A DNA stretch of 63,909 nt, filler included, from Octopus bimaculoides (Eukaryota): the NCBI RefSeq assembly GCF_001194135.2. It is 7 parts of 7 records of this genome, joined end to end, with 100 filler letters (N's around TTAATTAATTAA, not from the genome) between each part and the next. Parts side by side here need not be neighbours in the genome. Positions count along the whole stretch, not along the records: positions 14,997 to 40,210 come from NC_068995.1; positions 40,311 to 49,319 come from NC_068982.1; positions 49,420 to 57,085 come from NC_068987.1; 4 more parts are not named here. The stretch is one strand, 5' to 3'. Positions 36,497-49,558 of this stretch are shown one piece after another. Numbering within the stretch: the stretch's first letter is position 1; the number at the start of each line of letters is the position of its first letter. Made by a program: the position numbers and the translations under genes. Below the pieces are notes generated by a model. The model searched no databases. It was not told where the DNA came from and saw nothing but the letters and a program-made list of their open reading frames with translations.

Positions 36497-36788
36497 TGTT
36501 GTGTGATGGAGGAAAAAGAAAAAGGCAACAGAAAAAGAAGCAAAAGGAAGAAAGAAATAGAGACCTTACCTGCTGACCGAGGCGGGATGAGCGATCACTG
36601 TCAAGAAAAAAACACGTCCTTCCACACTCACCGTCTCTCATCGAACTGCCCCCCGTGCTTTCTGCCCACGCATGCCCCCGTGGCTCTTCAGCCAGCCTAT
36701 GCAGTCTTCACTTCAGTTTATCTCATCCGCAATCCTCTCCACGAACACTACATAGCTCATCACAGCCCATAACACCACAAGCACCACA
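36497..36788 (-). repeat. 5' LTR (292 bp, TG...CA)
   Basis: Plus strand TGTTGTGT...GCACCACA with an imperfect terminal inverted repeat; matches the 3' LTR from 36527 onward. Confidence 0.85.
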
Positions 36789-38179
36789 TTTTGTTTGTTT
36801 GCTTTTGCCTGAAGTTTTGGAGTATTTTTTTGCATACACTATCGCTAAAATATCAAACACTTACCAGACATATAATTGTATATCACCTTTAAAATATACA
36901 GATTCCAATGTCGACACAGAAGCTTTTATCAGAGTACCGCACATGTCAGATATTTGCATATCTCTGAGAAAGGTTATTCATTCACGAGACGAAATCATAG
37001 ACATGCACAAAACTACACTAAGTTGGCAATGAAGCAATCGCCGAAATAATCCATAAAATAACAACGAAAAGTCATCATCGTATCCCTATTTATGAAAAAA
37101 CACCAAGAGTAAATGTGCAGTCCATCTGAGCATAGAATTTTTCCCAAGTTCTATGTATCTTCAGAAACAACTCAAAATTCGTCAAATTAATTTCATGTCG
37201 TACATGTAACAAAACTTGTATGGTATAAATAAATGTACAACAAAATTATCTTTTATTGACCTATATGGCTGTCTATGTGCATATGTATTTGTGTGTATCG
37301 AAGCGTGCGTGTGCGTACTTATATTTATGTAGGATATCCCAGATATGGTTTTTTTTTCTATGGGTTCTAGTTGTGTGAAACGTACTTAAAATAGGGACAC
37401 ATACATTCAAGTCAAAATGAAAAGATAGCTAAACTGTTGACAGAACATTTTAATCACCCATCTGTCATTCATTCGTTCGTACTGTTTGTGAATGAATGAA
37501 ACAGTTCTGGTAAGAAAAAAAAATGAAATTACGTAGACTTAAAGAAAGGTAAAATAGAACAAGTATTCAATTGTATTACTTGGCTTTCGATATCACAGGT
37601 TACTAAATTTAACCAGAGCTGGCCATTTCTGTTGAAAGGGTATGTGTGTCTGGATGTTGTTATTGCATAGCTTAGGTTAGCTCTGATTGAACTGGTCTGT
37701 ATATCTGTAATATGGTAGTTTGTGTGTATGTGTACGTATGTGTGTGTATGCGTGTGTGTGGAGGTAAATAAGTTTCTACATAAGCACAGTAAATTTTATA
37801 TATGCTTATATGAACTCAAAAAATTACTTATGTGTCTAAATGCACACACAGGCACACACACATACATACACATATACACACACGCATACATACATACATA
37901 CATACATACATACATACATACATACATACAAGCACACACACACACACTCAAATACACGTGACACGTTTCTTTCACTGTCATACAGAGACCTACTCATACA
38001 TGCACAACACGTGCGTGTGTGTGTGTGTGTTTGCGCGCGCGCGCTTGAAATCCTGCTTTAATAATGTGTATGTATGCATCACAAGTACAGTGTCATAAAA
38101 ACAGGCATGCGCAATCATACCAAAATTACATACTTTCATACATGCATATATACATACATACATACATACATACATACAT

Positions 38180-38220
<41 letters not shown>

Positions 38221-40179
38221 NNNNNNNNNNNNNNNNNNNNNNNNNNNNNNNNNNNNNNNNNNNNNNNNNNNNNNNNNNNNNNNNNNNNNNNNNNNNNNNN
38301 NNNNNNNNNNNNNNNNNNNNNNNNNNNNNNNNNNNNNNNNNNNNNNNNNNNNNNNNNNNNNNNNNNNNNNNNNNNNNNNNNNNNNNNNNNNNNNNNNNNN
38401 NNNNNNNNNNNNNNNNNNNGTAATTCAGCGTGAAAATGCCAACTTCGCCTTTGTTTACAGATGGAGACTGATAAAACAATCAGAACGCTGCATTTGACGG
38501 CCATTTGCATGCAGCATTGGTCTTATAAAATGAGCCTATAGCAAATATACGCGGACTGCTTTGATAGGCAAGATAAGATGAGACGTATAAACGGAAAAGG
38601 AAAAACAGGAAATCTACAAAAGTTAAAAATTAAGCAGATAACACAGGGTTCAAAAATTAAGGTTAAAGATTATTTTACCGCCGAATCTATATTTAATTCA
38701 TCGATATATTTCATTTCCTAGTAAGTTAACGAAATATATTTGAAAGACATTCATTCAAAGATACTAAATTTATCAACTCAGTGCACAAATTTCAGAGGTG
38801 TTAAGGAGACGCGGATGCTGTTGATTGATGAAAAGCTGAAACAACATAATCAGTATGTCATATTTTGTCATAGAATCCTGTATAGGTCATTTGAATTTAA
38901 GAAGTAATGCTGCTGAAAATTGTCTTCTGAATGTCGATATTGAATTAATACAGGCTTTGATCATTAGGGGATTCGAATACAACTAAATAAGCTAATAAAA
39001 CACGTAATATTTCTTTTCTCTGTATCTAGATGGAATGGCCCACGAAAATAGCGCCTTTGAAATAAAAACACAGAACATATAGAAGGTGTGTGTGTGTGTG
39101 CGAGCGCATGTGTGTGTTTGTGTGTCTGTGTCTGTGTGTCTGTGTCTGTGTCTATGTCGCTGTGTGTGTGCTCGTGCGTATGTGTCTATGTCCGTGTGTA
39201 TCTGTGTTTATACTCCTTTCAGAGTTACCAGAAAGAAACAAGAAAGGCGAACAACAAAACTATGTCACAGGTGGAGATTGCAGATATTTCGACATCGAAT
39301 GCAAGGTTCGATGATTTTCTAAATGTCAATTCTCTGCTTGCCATTTGACAAATGCTAGATAAAAATATGTGCCACAAACCCTACCCAAACTAGAAACTTT
39401 CAATTAAGTATTATTCTAGCCTAATAAGATTATCCATGAAGTTCATCAAACAATATCAATATATGTAATCATTATAAACCATGGACCCAAAAACATATTC
39501 AACCTTACGAGTATGAAAGGCAAATCAGAATAACAAAATCCCAAGACATATAAAAAAAATTCACAAACAAATATATGAAACATATATTCCCATCTTCAGC
39601 TGCCCGCCAGTATCACCTGGGCAGTACCATTTAATCTGGTGGTGTTAACAGCATTAAAGACATAAACGCTGCCTGGGAATCAATAGACAGCCAGAAGGAG
39701 CGAAATATGAGCATAATGTGCTTGTTATTGTGAATAACAGCATCGAATATAAAATAGTATTAACTTATAAACATAAAGCTAGAAAATTTTTTAAAAAACA
39801 GTATCGGTAAAATTAATAAATTCATCCCACAAAGGACATTATGATTAAAAAACTGTAACAGAACTAACGAACTAAACGTATTGAACAAAACCTACGGAAC
39901 AGCCGATACATAACATGACAATAACATCACAACAAACCTAGAACCGCAAACGTGTTGGTTAATTAACAAAGACCATAAGATGTGATTTTTTCCTTTCTAT
40001 AACATATTTCAAACATGAAACCATGCCAAAAACGAATTCCTTATGCACTATATATATACACACATATATACATACATACATTCCTACGTCTGGCCTGCCA
40101 TGTAAATTGACATCATAAATTCGGTACTTTACGTTTTCCTTTCTCTGACGACTCTAAATCCCTTTTCTTCGCTTTGATT

Positions 40180-40210
<31 letters not shown>

Positions 40211-40310
40211 NNNNNNNNNNNNNNNNNNNNNNNNNNNNNNNNNNNNNNNNNNNNTTAATTAATTAANNNNNNNNNNNNNNNNNNNNNNNNNNNNNNNNNN
40301 NNNNNNNNNN
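40211..40310. other. Assembly spacer N44-TTAATTAATTAA-N44
   Basis: Same 100-bp structure. Confidence 0.95.
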
Positions 40311-40574
40311 CATTCACTGCTTTCACTCCCACACTGATTAACAAGCCCCAACCCCACCCCAGAAACACCCAAATCCCATATACAGAATCACAAAGCCGCA
40401 AATCCTCAGATCTGTTTGACAACGAATGCGAGAAAGTTCTCCAAAAAGTTAACAATGATTTTTTTTTTAAATCTCCACTCCCAAGTTAACAAAGAACTTG
40501 CTAGATCTATGAACTAAATTTATATTATTAAAAAATTAATAATATTAATTTAAAATAATAAATTAAACTTATTA

Positions 40575-40982
40575 GAACTACCAGTGAAGTCATTCTTTTT
40601 CTTTTTTCAAATATACCTAACTGCTCCAAGGATCTCACATTTTTGCTTACGACAACGTGGGTTCCAGTTGATCCGATCAACGGAACAGCTTGCTCGTGAG
40701 ATTAACGTGCAAGTGACTGAGCACTCCACAGATACGCGCACACCTTCACATACTTCTCAAGGAGATTCAGCGTGACCACAGATTGTGACACAAGTTGTGA
40801 CACAGTCTGTGACAAGGCTGGCCGCTAGAAATACAGGTACTACTTATTTTTGTCAGCTGAGTGGACTGGAGCACCGTGAAATAAAGTGTTTTGTTTAAGG
40901 ACACAACGCGCCGCCGTGAATCGAACTCGCGACCCTACGATCGTGAGCCGAATACCCTAACCACTAAGCCACGCTCCTTCAC
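40575..40982 (-). mobile_element. tRNA-derived SINE (third family)
   Basis: Minus-strand head GGAGCGTGGCTTAGTGGTTAGGG...GAGTTCGATTC (A and B boxes), followed by a SINE-like body; internal 12-bp slippage repeat at 40784-40819. Confidence 0.85.
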
Positions 40983-41017
40983 GTGTGAATATATATGTGT
41001 GTGTGTGNNNNNNNNNN

Positions 41018-41090
<73 letters not shown>

Positions 41091-41269
41091 CATATACATT
41101 TATATATGTATTTACTATATGTGTATACTAAGCAGCGACAAAAAATATAAATGCACAGTTATATCTAATACGTTTGTATGCAGATACCGTTTTGGTTATT
41201 TTGCTGTTATGCTTCATCTGTTACAGACACCCAGTCTGTCGACCATGGCCCGCTAATGAATATCATTCT

Positions 41270-41500
41270 TACAAATTTAATGACGTAAGAGCACAGTTCC
41301 TACGGTCCGATGACGTCATTCACCTCACAAAGGAGTATTTTTATATATATTGGCTCTAGGGAAGCTTCCTCTCATACGCTAGTATCTGCGGCGTAGGCCA
41401 TTTTACATTTGAGTGAACTCAGGCGTATTAAATAGGTTTTCAAGGATTAAATTATCAATCATGTGACTTTTTACTGAAACTTGCCGCTTTTCGCGCCGAA
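41270..41500. promoter_or_regulatory. Candidate promoter/enhancer motif cluster
   Basis: TGACGTAA (41281), perfect CRE TGACGTCA (41311-41318), ATTGG (41349), YY1-like GGCCATTTT (41396), E2F-like TTTTCGCGCC (41488) in non-repetitive, CpG-containing sequence. Confidence 0.3.
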
Positions 41501-43361
41501 AAGAAAATCTAAGAATAGTGTATGGCACTCGGCCCTCTAATAGACATGAGAAAAAATTATTAATTTGAAAACTAATTCATTAAGAGTAATCATTACTTTG
41601 GAAACAAAATTTGTGTTTTGCAATGAAAGAAAACATATATAAGTGTAAAATTTCCTTTTAGGTTTCATATTTCTTATTTTCTGTGTGCCTTTTTATGAAG
41701 TTCAATCTGAACAATCTTTAGCTAGTTTGCATGCAGCAATTCTAAGGGAAACAACAGTTTGGTTACAGAAACAGAAAGTAAGGAGAAAGAGATGATGAAG
41801 TGATCTTTGGAACTTAATGTCATCAACCAAGTAAAGATAAGGGGGATCGAAAAACTAATCATCGGAATTTGAAGAATAATTTAATTTCCATATTCCTCCT
41901 GCTCGTTCATTAATTTAAGCCTTGATCTTAATATTGATTGCTTTTAATTAAGAACAAAGCTAAACTCCGATTGAGGAAGCGTATGGTATCATACTGGGCG
42001 TTAGTTAATTGAAACGAAAAGGCTAAGAGATGTACACTTCTGCATTATTTGGACACAAAACAATGAAATAGAAGTAATTGTTGTAGACTAAATCTAACCT
42101 TCTACCTTGTCGATTATCTTTGTTGGCGTGGCGTATGTCATCTAAACAGGCACAAAGAAACAACTTATCTATGTGTGCACAGTCGATTATATTGACTGAT
42201 ATTCTCTCTTAACGAGAAGGTTGATATCCTATGTTAACTTTTAAAGCATTCGATCTCAGAAATACTACAGAATCGTGGAGGCATTTTGCATACCTTTTTT
42301 TTTATTTTCTGAAATCACCGCTGCTTTCGTCCTCTAATAAAATAGTCACATAAATTTTATATAATGAAGGCGACTTACAAAGCAACAAAATTATCAAAAA
42401 TTAATTTATTAATTGCTGAATTAGTGTTAAAATAAATACTGTTGTCAGCATCAGTTGTTGTTCAATATGAATTAGTCTAAGAGATTTCCTAGAGGCAGTT
42501 CAAAATGAGAAATGCAGGTGATTCTTTAGTTCATTTATAATTTAAACATATTAGAAATATATGGTCGACTGTAACATACGTATCTAGCCTCTGGTGGAAG
42601 GATGACCGAGATCTGGTGTAAAATTTTAAATTTTCTGATAATTTTAGAGTCTAACGAAGTATGACATATGTTTCTTTTATAATAGTTTTACTTTTCTTAG
42701 TCTGCAAATTTATAGATGAGTTTTGTTTCTAAAATGGAAATTTCGAATTTAAGCAGCGTTATACATAACTAAAAAGGATTGTTCGGATCTGTTAGCAAAA
42801 CGTTTATTATCCACAGAAACGGATTGTTTTTTCATTCTTTCCATGAGTTATTCCTCATGATATACGAAGGAAAACTATGGAATGTGATATTAGTATTTCT
42901 GTGTCACTTTTATTTCTGGTGGACCAGCATGGCCAAAACTTTAGCCAACTATTTACATTTAACGAACTAACCTTTACCGAAAGAGTAACAGTATATGAAT
43001 CACTGAGACTGACATTGGTCGGCATATGGAAGTACGCCTACATGACTCTTTCATGAAATCCGCTCTTATTAAAAATATGTTCTTTTTCTTTCTATGAAAC
43101 ATCAAAGTAAAGGTTTCTTTGTTTCATAAATCAAAAGAAGAAACCAAATGAGAAAATATTCCTCTTGAAGAAGCCATTAAAAAGAAGATTAATAATGGCA
43201 ATGATGGTATTCATAATGAATATCAGTGTTCCAATTTACTGCGACAGCCAGATACTGTAAACAGATTTCTTCAGTGGGGTAAAAACATCAGAAGTAAGAG
43301 GGATAGAGGAGGGCGAGAGAAAGAGAGACAAACAGACTGACAGACAGACAGACAGAGACAA

Positions 43362-43394
<33 letters not shown>

Positions 43395-45522
43395 GAGACA
43401 GAGATAGAGACAAAGAGAGAATAAATCATTTTATTAGAATATTGGAAAACAGAGAGGAGAATATGTTACTGAGATTGTGATCACTGCTAATAGTAATGCT
43501 TGTAATAATAAACTTCTAATATGTCACACGAAGAAAACAAAACGAGCAGGTTTTAATTAATTAACTTCAGCAATAAGTACACTAATTAGACGCAAGATGT
43601 TTTACATGTAGTCCGGCATTAGCAATCCTTTAGCGTTCCGAGATTATTTTTGAAAATTACACCTTAGTACATAAAACAGATGTTAACAGAATTATTGGTG
43701 TCAAATTGTTTTTACGAATTGATTGCTTCAGAATAATAGCCATGTTACAGTTCGTTGAAGACATCATCTATATTCTATGTTTTTTTTTTATTTTGTGATA
43801 ACCAAAGAAACCGTGAGAATCTCAGAAGTCAACTATTGTTATCAGGTTATCCCTGATGGAGCAGATTTATATTTTATACTGTTCAAGTACATACTATCTA
43901 CATTTTTGTGTAACCAGTATTACATTGTTCACCGCCTTTCAATGTCTAAGGTGCATATGTGTAATAAGAGAGAAATTTGACTGATGTATCTGGCAGGTTG
44001 AGTGGTAGAGTATCTCCGATGGATCAACAACTAATTGGACAGGTAAAAAGTTCTCGAGGTTTCCTGGTGAAGATATGATTTTAGAGCATTGTCTTGTTTG
44101 GGTAAAATGGTGGTGTGAGAGAATTTATTGGAAGAGCTAACTTATAAGCTAAGATGGAGGAAAAAATTATTGTTCCAACAGTACAAAAGATCAAAGAGAA
44201 ACACAGCGGCTTCGTAAATGGTTGTCGTGAGTTGATGACTAAAGACTTACAAATCAGGCAGATTAGCGTTTGGAGACGGACTGCTATGCTCTACTTGGGC
44301 ACGGTAATGGCATAATTTGTTGCTAGTGTTATTGTTCTTTAGTCTCAGGTCGGCACTGGTCGAGAAGATCTATGATCAAAGTTATGCTAACCATTATCAT
44401 TCAGTCTTTCTACGGCCATTATTTTTAGGACTAGATTATCGAAAGTGATTTTCTGGATTCTTTTAAAGGAAACAACGTGATATTTGGAGTGATTTGGTTG
44501 TTATAGTAGTAGGTCGAACAGTTTCTTGTGAAATTTGTAAAGCGAATTGTTAAAATGGTTCTCTAATCTCGTGGAGATTTTTATTTCTTTACAGAATTTG
44601 CTTCATTTAAATAAGACTATGTACTTTAACGAGAAACTATACTTCCTGCACAAGCTTCAAATATATTACAAATGAACTAGTCTTGTGTACTTATTTTCAT
44701 AAGTAGATTATAACAAATAAATTGTAAGTTAATATAGACATCACTATTTGCACTCATTCCAAGGGTTTCGATAATTACAAGCCTCGAGTTAGAAGAAATA
44801 TAACTTCCTCGGAGACTTTTCTTTCTCTCTCTCTCTTAGTAAATTCTGATTGTGTGAAGAATACACATTTATTAATATCGGAAAAATTTCGTAGATCATA
44901 TGAAGCTGCAGAAAAATGAAGACATGGTAATGTGTTTAAGAAGTTTGCTTCGCAACAACGTTGTTCCGTGTTCGAACTGACTTTACAGAACCTTGGGCAA
45001 ATAACTTCCACAATAATTTTCAGTTGACCAAAACCTTGTGAATGGAATTTGATAGACGTAAACTGTGTGGAAGCCTATAATATTGTGTTGACTTTTCATT
45101 CCTCCAGCGTTGATAAAACGTAATTTGTTTTTATTTAACCTTATGGTAGCCTTGTTTTCGCAACTCTATGACAAAAACCGTTCTAACCATGACTATCTAA
45201 CCTTCAGAAGAAAACTTCTTTATCTAAATTTACAATACCGATTTTTATGATGGTAAAGTGTGACTGAAGAGAGAATAAGTTGCTATTTCTAGAGAGTGGG
45301 AACCCATGTAGAGAATCCCTCTTTATCAAATATAAGAGCTGCGAATGGTGGGTGCTTCATTTAATCGATATAGCCTTCCGCTGTCATACTTAACCTCATG
45401 ACAATTTTAAAATATACTAACAATAATGGGCAGATATCTTATGATACACTTGAAAAAAGATCGAACGATCTCTACTTGCCACTCAACATTGGTTATCATA
45501 TCTACCGAATATTATAAAAGTA

Positions 45523-45589
<67 letters not shown>

Positions 45590-46329
45590 TAGAGGGATAA
45601 AACCCTATAAGTACCCTTGAGAATGAATCCAAGAGGAGGTGACTACTTATCTTCGAAATGGAGGAAGCATATCAAAAATAGGTTGGTTTCTTGATGCTTT
45701 ACACTAAGTGAAACTACTTTCGTCAATAAACTTTGTATTTAAACACGTCATCATTCAATATGATATTAATAGAAAAGTTAATATTCTGCATCAGATATTA
45801 AGAGGGACTGTAAAGATGTACAACAAGCTCGGCTTACATATTAATTTCATAGTAGATATCTTATGTCACTACTTCAACGTATATTGGAAGGATAATTCAT
45901 ATTATATATTTTCAGTTGGTTTCTTCTAATTTTCCCTTATTCGGATTGTTCAAGCATTTACTCAATCATATCCACATGATAATATCTACAATTCTCATTT
46001 ACAAAATTCTAATTTTATAGAATAATGACCCTTTGTTGCTTACGGATGAGACTTTTACTCTGCACTCTAGACACGTCTAATATAACGATGTACAAACATA
46101 AACAAACCAATATATCAATATCTGGGTTTGTGTGTGTGAAAGAGAGAGAGAGAGAGAGAGAGAGAAGGAGAGAGAGAGAAAGGGAGAGATAGAGTGACAA
46201 AGACAGAGAGAATATGTATCTGTAAATCATTACTGATCTACTACAAGGGGTCTGAAGCGGTAAACTGCGGTGAACTGGTGCACCGCAAGAGATATCTAGA
46301 TACAATCTTGATTTTTCAAAAAATATAAT

Positions 46330-46531
46330 TTAACCCTTTAACATTCAGATTTCTTTGTCAAAAATAATGCTTATTTATTCGCTCGTAACTTCAAGATTTC
46401 GATGATGTGATTGTTTATTTTGAAGAATGACATAGTAGGTTAGATGTGAGAGATCAGATCTGGCCAATCTAAACATAAAACAGGTAGAATATTTGGGTCA
46501 TGTATAGCCGCTTTAAATTCTAAAGAGTTAA
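46330..46531. mobile_element. piggyBac-type MITE
   Basis: TTAA|CCCTTTAACATT...AATTCTAAAGAG|TTAA: TTAA target duplications and matching termini. Confidence 0.8.
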
Positions 46532-46774
46532 GGCCAACCCAAATGTTTGAATGTTCGTTTGAAAAAACGTGTTATTCGTATTTTTGTTAAACATAGATTC
46601 AGGGTCAAGGTTTTCTAAATTTCTAAATTTTCAAATTCAAAGCATATCTATTGCAATTTTTCAGTCGCTGCACTGCAGCCAAGCTGGGGAAGAGCTTTGA
46701 AAGGTTTCAGTTGAACACATTGAGCCAAGTGCTTATGTTCTTGTTTTATTTTAATCTAGAGCTCATTCTGTTAG

Positions 46775-46867
46775 TGTCTTTTGCCACTTTGCAAGGTTAC
46801 AGAGACGTAAGCAAACCGACACCAGCTATCAAGTGGTAGTAGTTACCAAACACAGACACAATCACAC

Positions 46868-46937
<70 letters not shown>

Positions 46938-47115
46938 TACATGCACGCACATACTCGTAACCGGGGTTACAAACACTTTCCGCAACCAAATTCACTCACA
47001 AGGTGTTGATCGGTCTGAGGCTATAGAAAAAATCATTTGCCCAAGGTGCTTCGCAATGGAACTGAACCTGAAGCCACGTGACTGCAAAGATATCCTAACC
47101 ACTCAGCTATGTCCA
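46775..47115 (-). mobile_element. SINE (family of 12341-12735), decayed
   Basis: Reverse complement of the head/body with an internal (CA)n tract. Confidence 0.7.
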
Positions 47116-47495
47116 CAGTTTTCTTGCTTTTTTTTTTCGCAATTTTCCATACGAAATGCACCGGTAGTTTCGTTTGATCGTCAGCGAACCACAGGGACAA
47201 AAAGATGTGAGATTCATTATTCTACTTAGAGCCCATAGATTACACCGGTTTGTATCGAGTGAAGACGGCATTAAGTATGTGTGCTCAGCAGAACAATGGA
47301 TTATGTTGAGTGAACTGGCTAGAACACTAGGATAACATTCCCAAAAGTTTGTATATCTGTGGATGAAGAAGTGATAAAGAGAAATGTATAGATTGTTTCT
47401 CTTAATAAGTATATCAAATCTAATAATTTCCCAACTGAATCAGTATGTCGTATAATTTGAAGACGTGGAAATATATTTTCATTGCTGCCTACCTA

Positions 47496-47715
47496 AGGTG
47501 ATGAGCTTACAGAATCGTGAGTATGCCGGGCAAACAACTTCGAGGCATTTCGCCCGTCTTTATGTTCTGGGTTCAAATACCGCCGGGACTGACTTTGCCG
47601 TTCATCTTTTCTGGGTTCATAAACTAAGTACCATTTGAGCACTGGGGTCGATGTAATCGACTTAGCCCCTCCCTTCAAAATTTCTGGCCTTGTGCTAAAA
47701 TTTGAAACCATTATT
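47496..47715 (+). mobile_element. SINE (second family)
   Basis: GAGCTTACAGAATCG...GGGTTCAAATACCGCC...GGGGTCGATGTAATCGACTTA. Confidence 0.8.
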
Positions 47716-47949
47716 ATTTACCTAATTATTGATGGTAATAATGAGTGGTAATTAAATATCTGTGTTCCGATAAGAATTCAAGTCTCTTTTGTTACTCGCC
47801 TAGAAGATCATGCCGGGAAAGATTAGATTTAAAGTTTAGAGAGAAAAATTCGAATTACGAATGAACGATTACACAATGTTATATGTAATGAGGACTTCGC
47901 ACTTATTTGTACTTCGTAAGTCAAACATATCACACACAAACAGACACAA

Positions 47950-48121
47950 GCCTGGCTGTGTAATTGAGAAGCTTGCTTTGAAACCATGCAGGCTTGGATT
48001 CAGTCCTACAGCACGACACCTTGGGCAAGTGTCTTCTAATATAACTCCGGACCGACCAATGTCTGGTGAGTGAATTTCATAGACAGAAACTGAAAAAAAA
48101 CCCGTCATACATGTATGTGCC

Positions 48122-48204
<83 letters not shown>

Positions 48205-48525
48205 GTTTGTGCGTATGCGCACATGTTTGTGTGTGTATGTGTGTGTGCGTGTACTTGTGTGTGTATGTGTGTGTGTATGTATGTGCTATATGTATTTATC
48301 TGTGTGAATGTATCTTTGTGTTTGTGTTTGTCCCCCACCACTGCTTGATAACCGATGTTGACTTGTTTATATCTCTGTAACCTGAAATGTTCTATGAGTC
48401 TCTTTTGAGATCAAAGAATAAGTACGAAACTTTAAAAAAAAGTGAGTGCGGGCATTGTTTTCTTCAACTAACCCTCCACAAACCAGTACCACACCAGGCC
48501 GCAGTCCAATGACTAACAAAAGTAA
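47950..48525 (+). mobile_element. SINE (family of 12341-12735) with (GT)n core
   Basis: Head GGCTGTGTAATTGAGAAGCTTGC...GGATTCAGTCC; body CACCTTGGGCAAGTGTCTTCT; tail GACTAACAAAAGTAAAAGA. Confidence 0.8.
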
Positions 48526-48956
48526 AAGATAAAAGAGAAAGGATATAAAAGATGCCTCTATGCATACATGTAGATAGACAGACTGACATATACTCTGAGG
48601 CAGACGTAACTCTGAACGAAACTGTTCGTTGAAACTGAAAGAATTCCATCGTGGAAGAGTAAATTGTAGCTACATCAGAAGACACAAAATTGTTATATTC
48701 ACGCGTATACTTCTAAATACGACCGTTTATTAAGGTATGTTAAAATAGTTTGTTGTATTTCTGTGATTTCGCCACTTATGTAGTTGAGATGCTGAGGAAT
48801 TTTGCTAGTGACTAACAACTCTCAAACGCGACGAAAATCCTGTTACCATTTCATTTCATAATATATTGTACAGTTTGGAAATAAAAGAAAAGTCAATATA
48901 ACGACTTTGTGTGTTCTTAAATGGTTAAACTGGCTCTTCGACGAAAATTATATGCA

Positions 48957-48988
<32 letters not shown>

Positions 48989-49081
48989 AATATATACATT
49001 TATGCATACATGTACATATATACATGTGCGCGTGTATGTGTGTGTGAGTGTGTGCTTGTGTGTGTGTATGTGTGAGTGTGC

Positions 49082-49115
<34 letters not shown>

Positions 49116-49319
49116 CTGCACATTACTTCCATTCTCAGATGGAATGGTCTCTAGTTAATTGGAAAACGTATGAACGTCAGAAATCAAAATTTTTTTGTTT
49201 GTTTCATTGAGTTTCTTTTAGTTTCTTTATTTTCTAATTTATTTTTTATTATTTTTTGCATACAATAATTTCGTTTAAAATCTATAGACGTGGTCTTTCT
49301 TCCCCTTATACTTCCTTCA

Positions 49320-49419
49320 NNNNNNNNNNNNNNNNNNNNNNNNNNNNNNNNNNNNNNNNNNNNTTAATTAATTAANNNNNNNNNNNNNNNNNNNNNNNNN
49401 NNNNNNNNNNNNNNNNNNN
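49320..49419. other. Assembly spacer N44-TTAATTAATTAA-N44
   Basis: Same 100-bp structure. Confidence 0.95.
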
Positions 49420-49558
49420 AAATTCTTGTTAATTCTGTCAATTTAAATGTCTGTGAATAAATCTTAAGTGGAAATTCTTGAAATTATAGAATGACTTGGC
49501 GGATTTCATCTCGTAAGTCAAAATTTGGTTAGAATTCTAGAGTTTGTGACGAAAGATA
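49420..49558 (+). repeat. 139-bp exact direct duplicate of 51743-51881
   Basis: AAATTCTTGTTAATTCTG...GTGACGAAAGATA is identical in both places by eye. Confidence 0.9.

Larger units (their letters stand above)
32728..36788 (-). mobile_element. Ty3/Gypsy-type LTR retrotransposon, near full length (LTR-gag-PR-RT-RH-IN-LTR), frameshifted
   Basis: Direct repeats 32728-32988 and 36527-36788; domain order protease, RT, RNase H, integrase; integrase core falls in the N gap 33433-33860. Confidence 0.95.

Noticed and set aside
36497-36788. Tf1-like self-priming as the explanation of the odd PBS
   Set aside because: I found no GCCGAAATAGCT-like complement in the sense strand of either LTR by eye; a formal alignment should confirm.
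40863-40982. tRNA genes at SINE heads (also 57270-57347 and 12341-12400)
   Set aside because: A/B boxes run into SINE bodies, with no complete acceptor stem or Pol III terminator.
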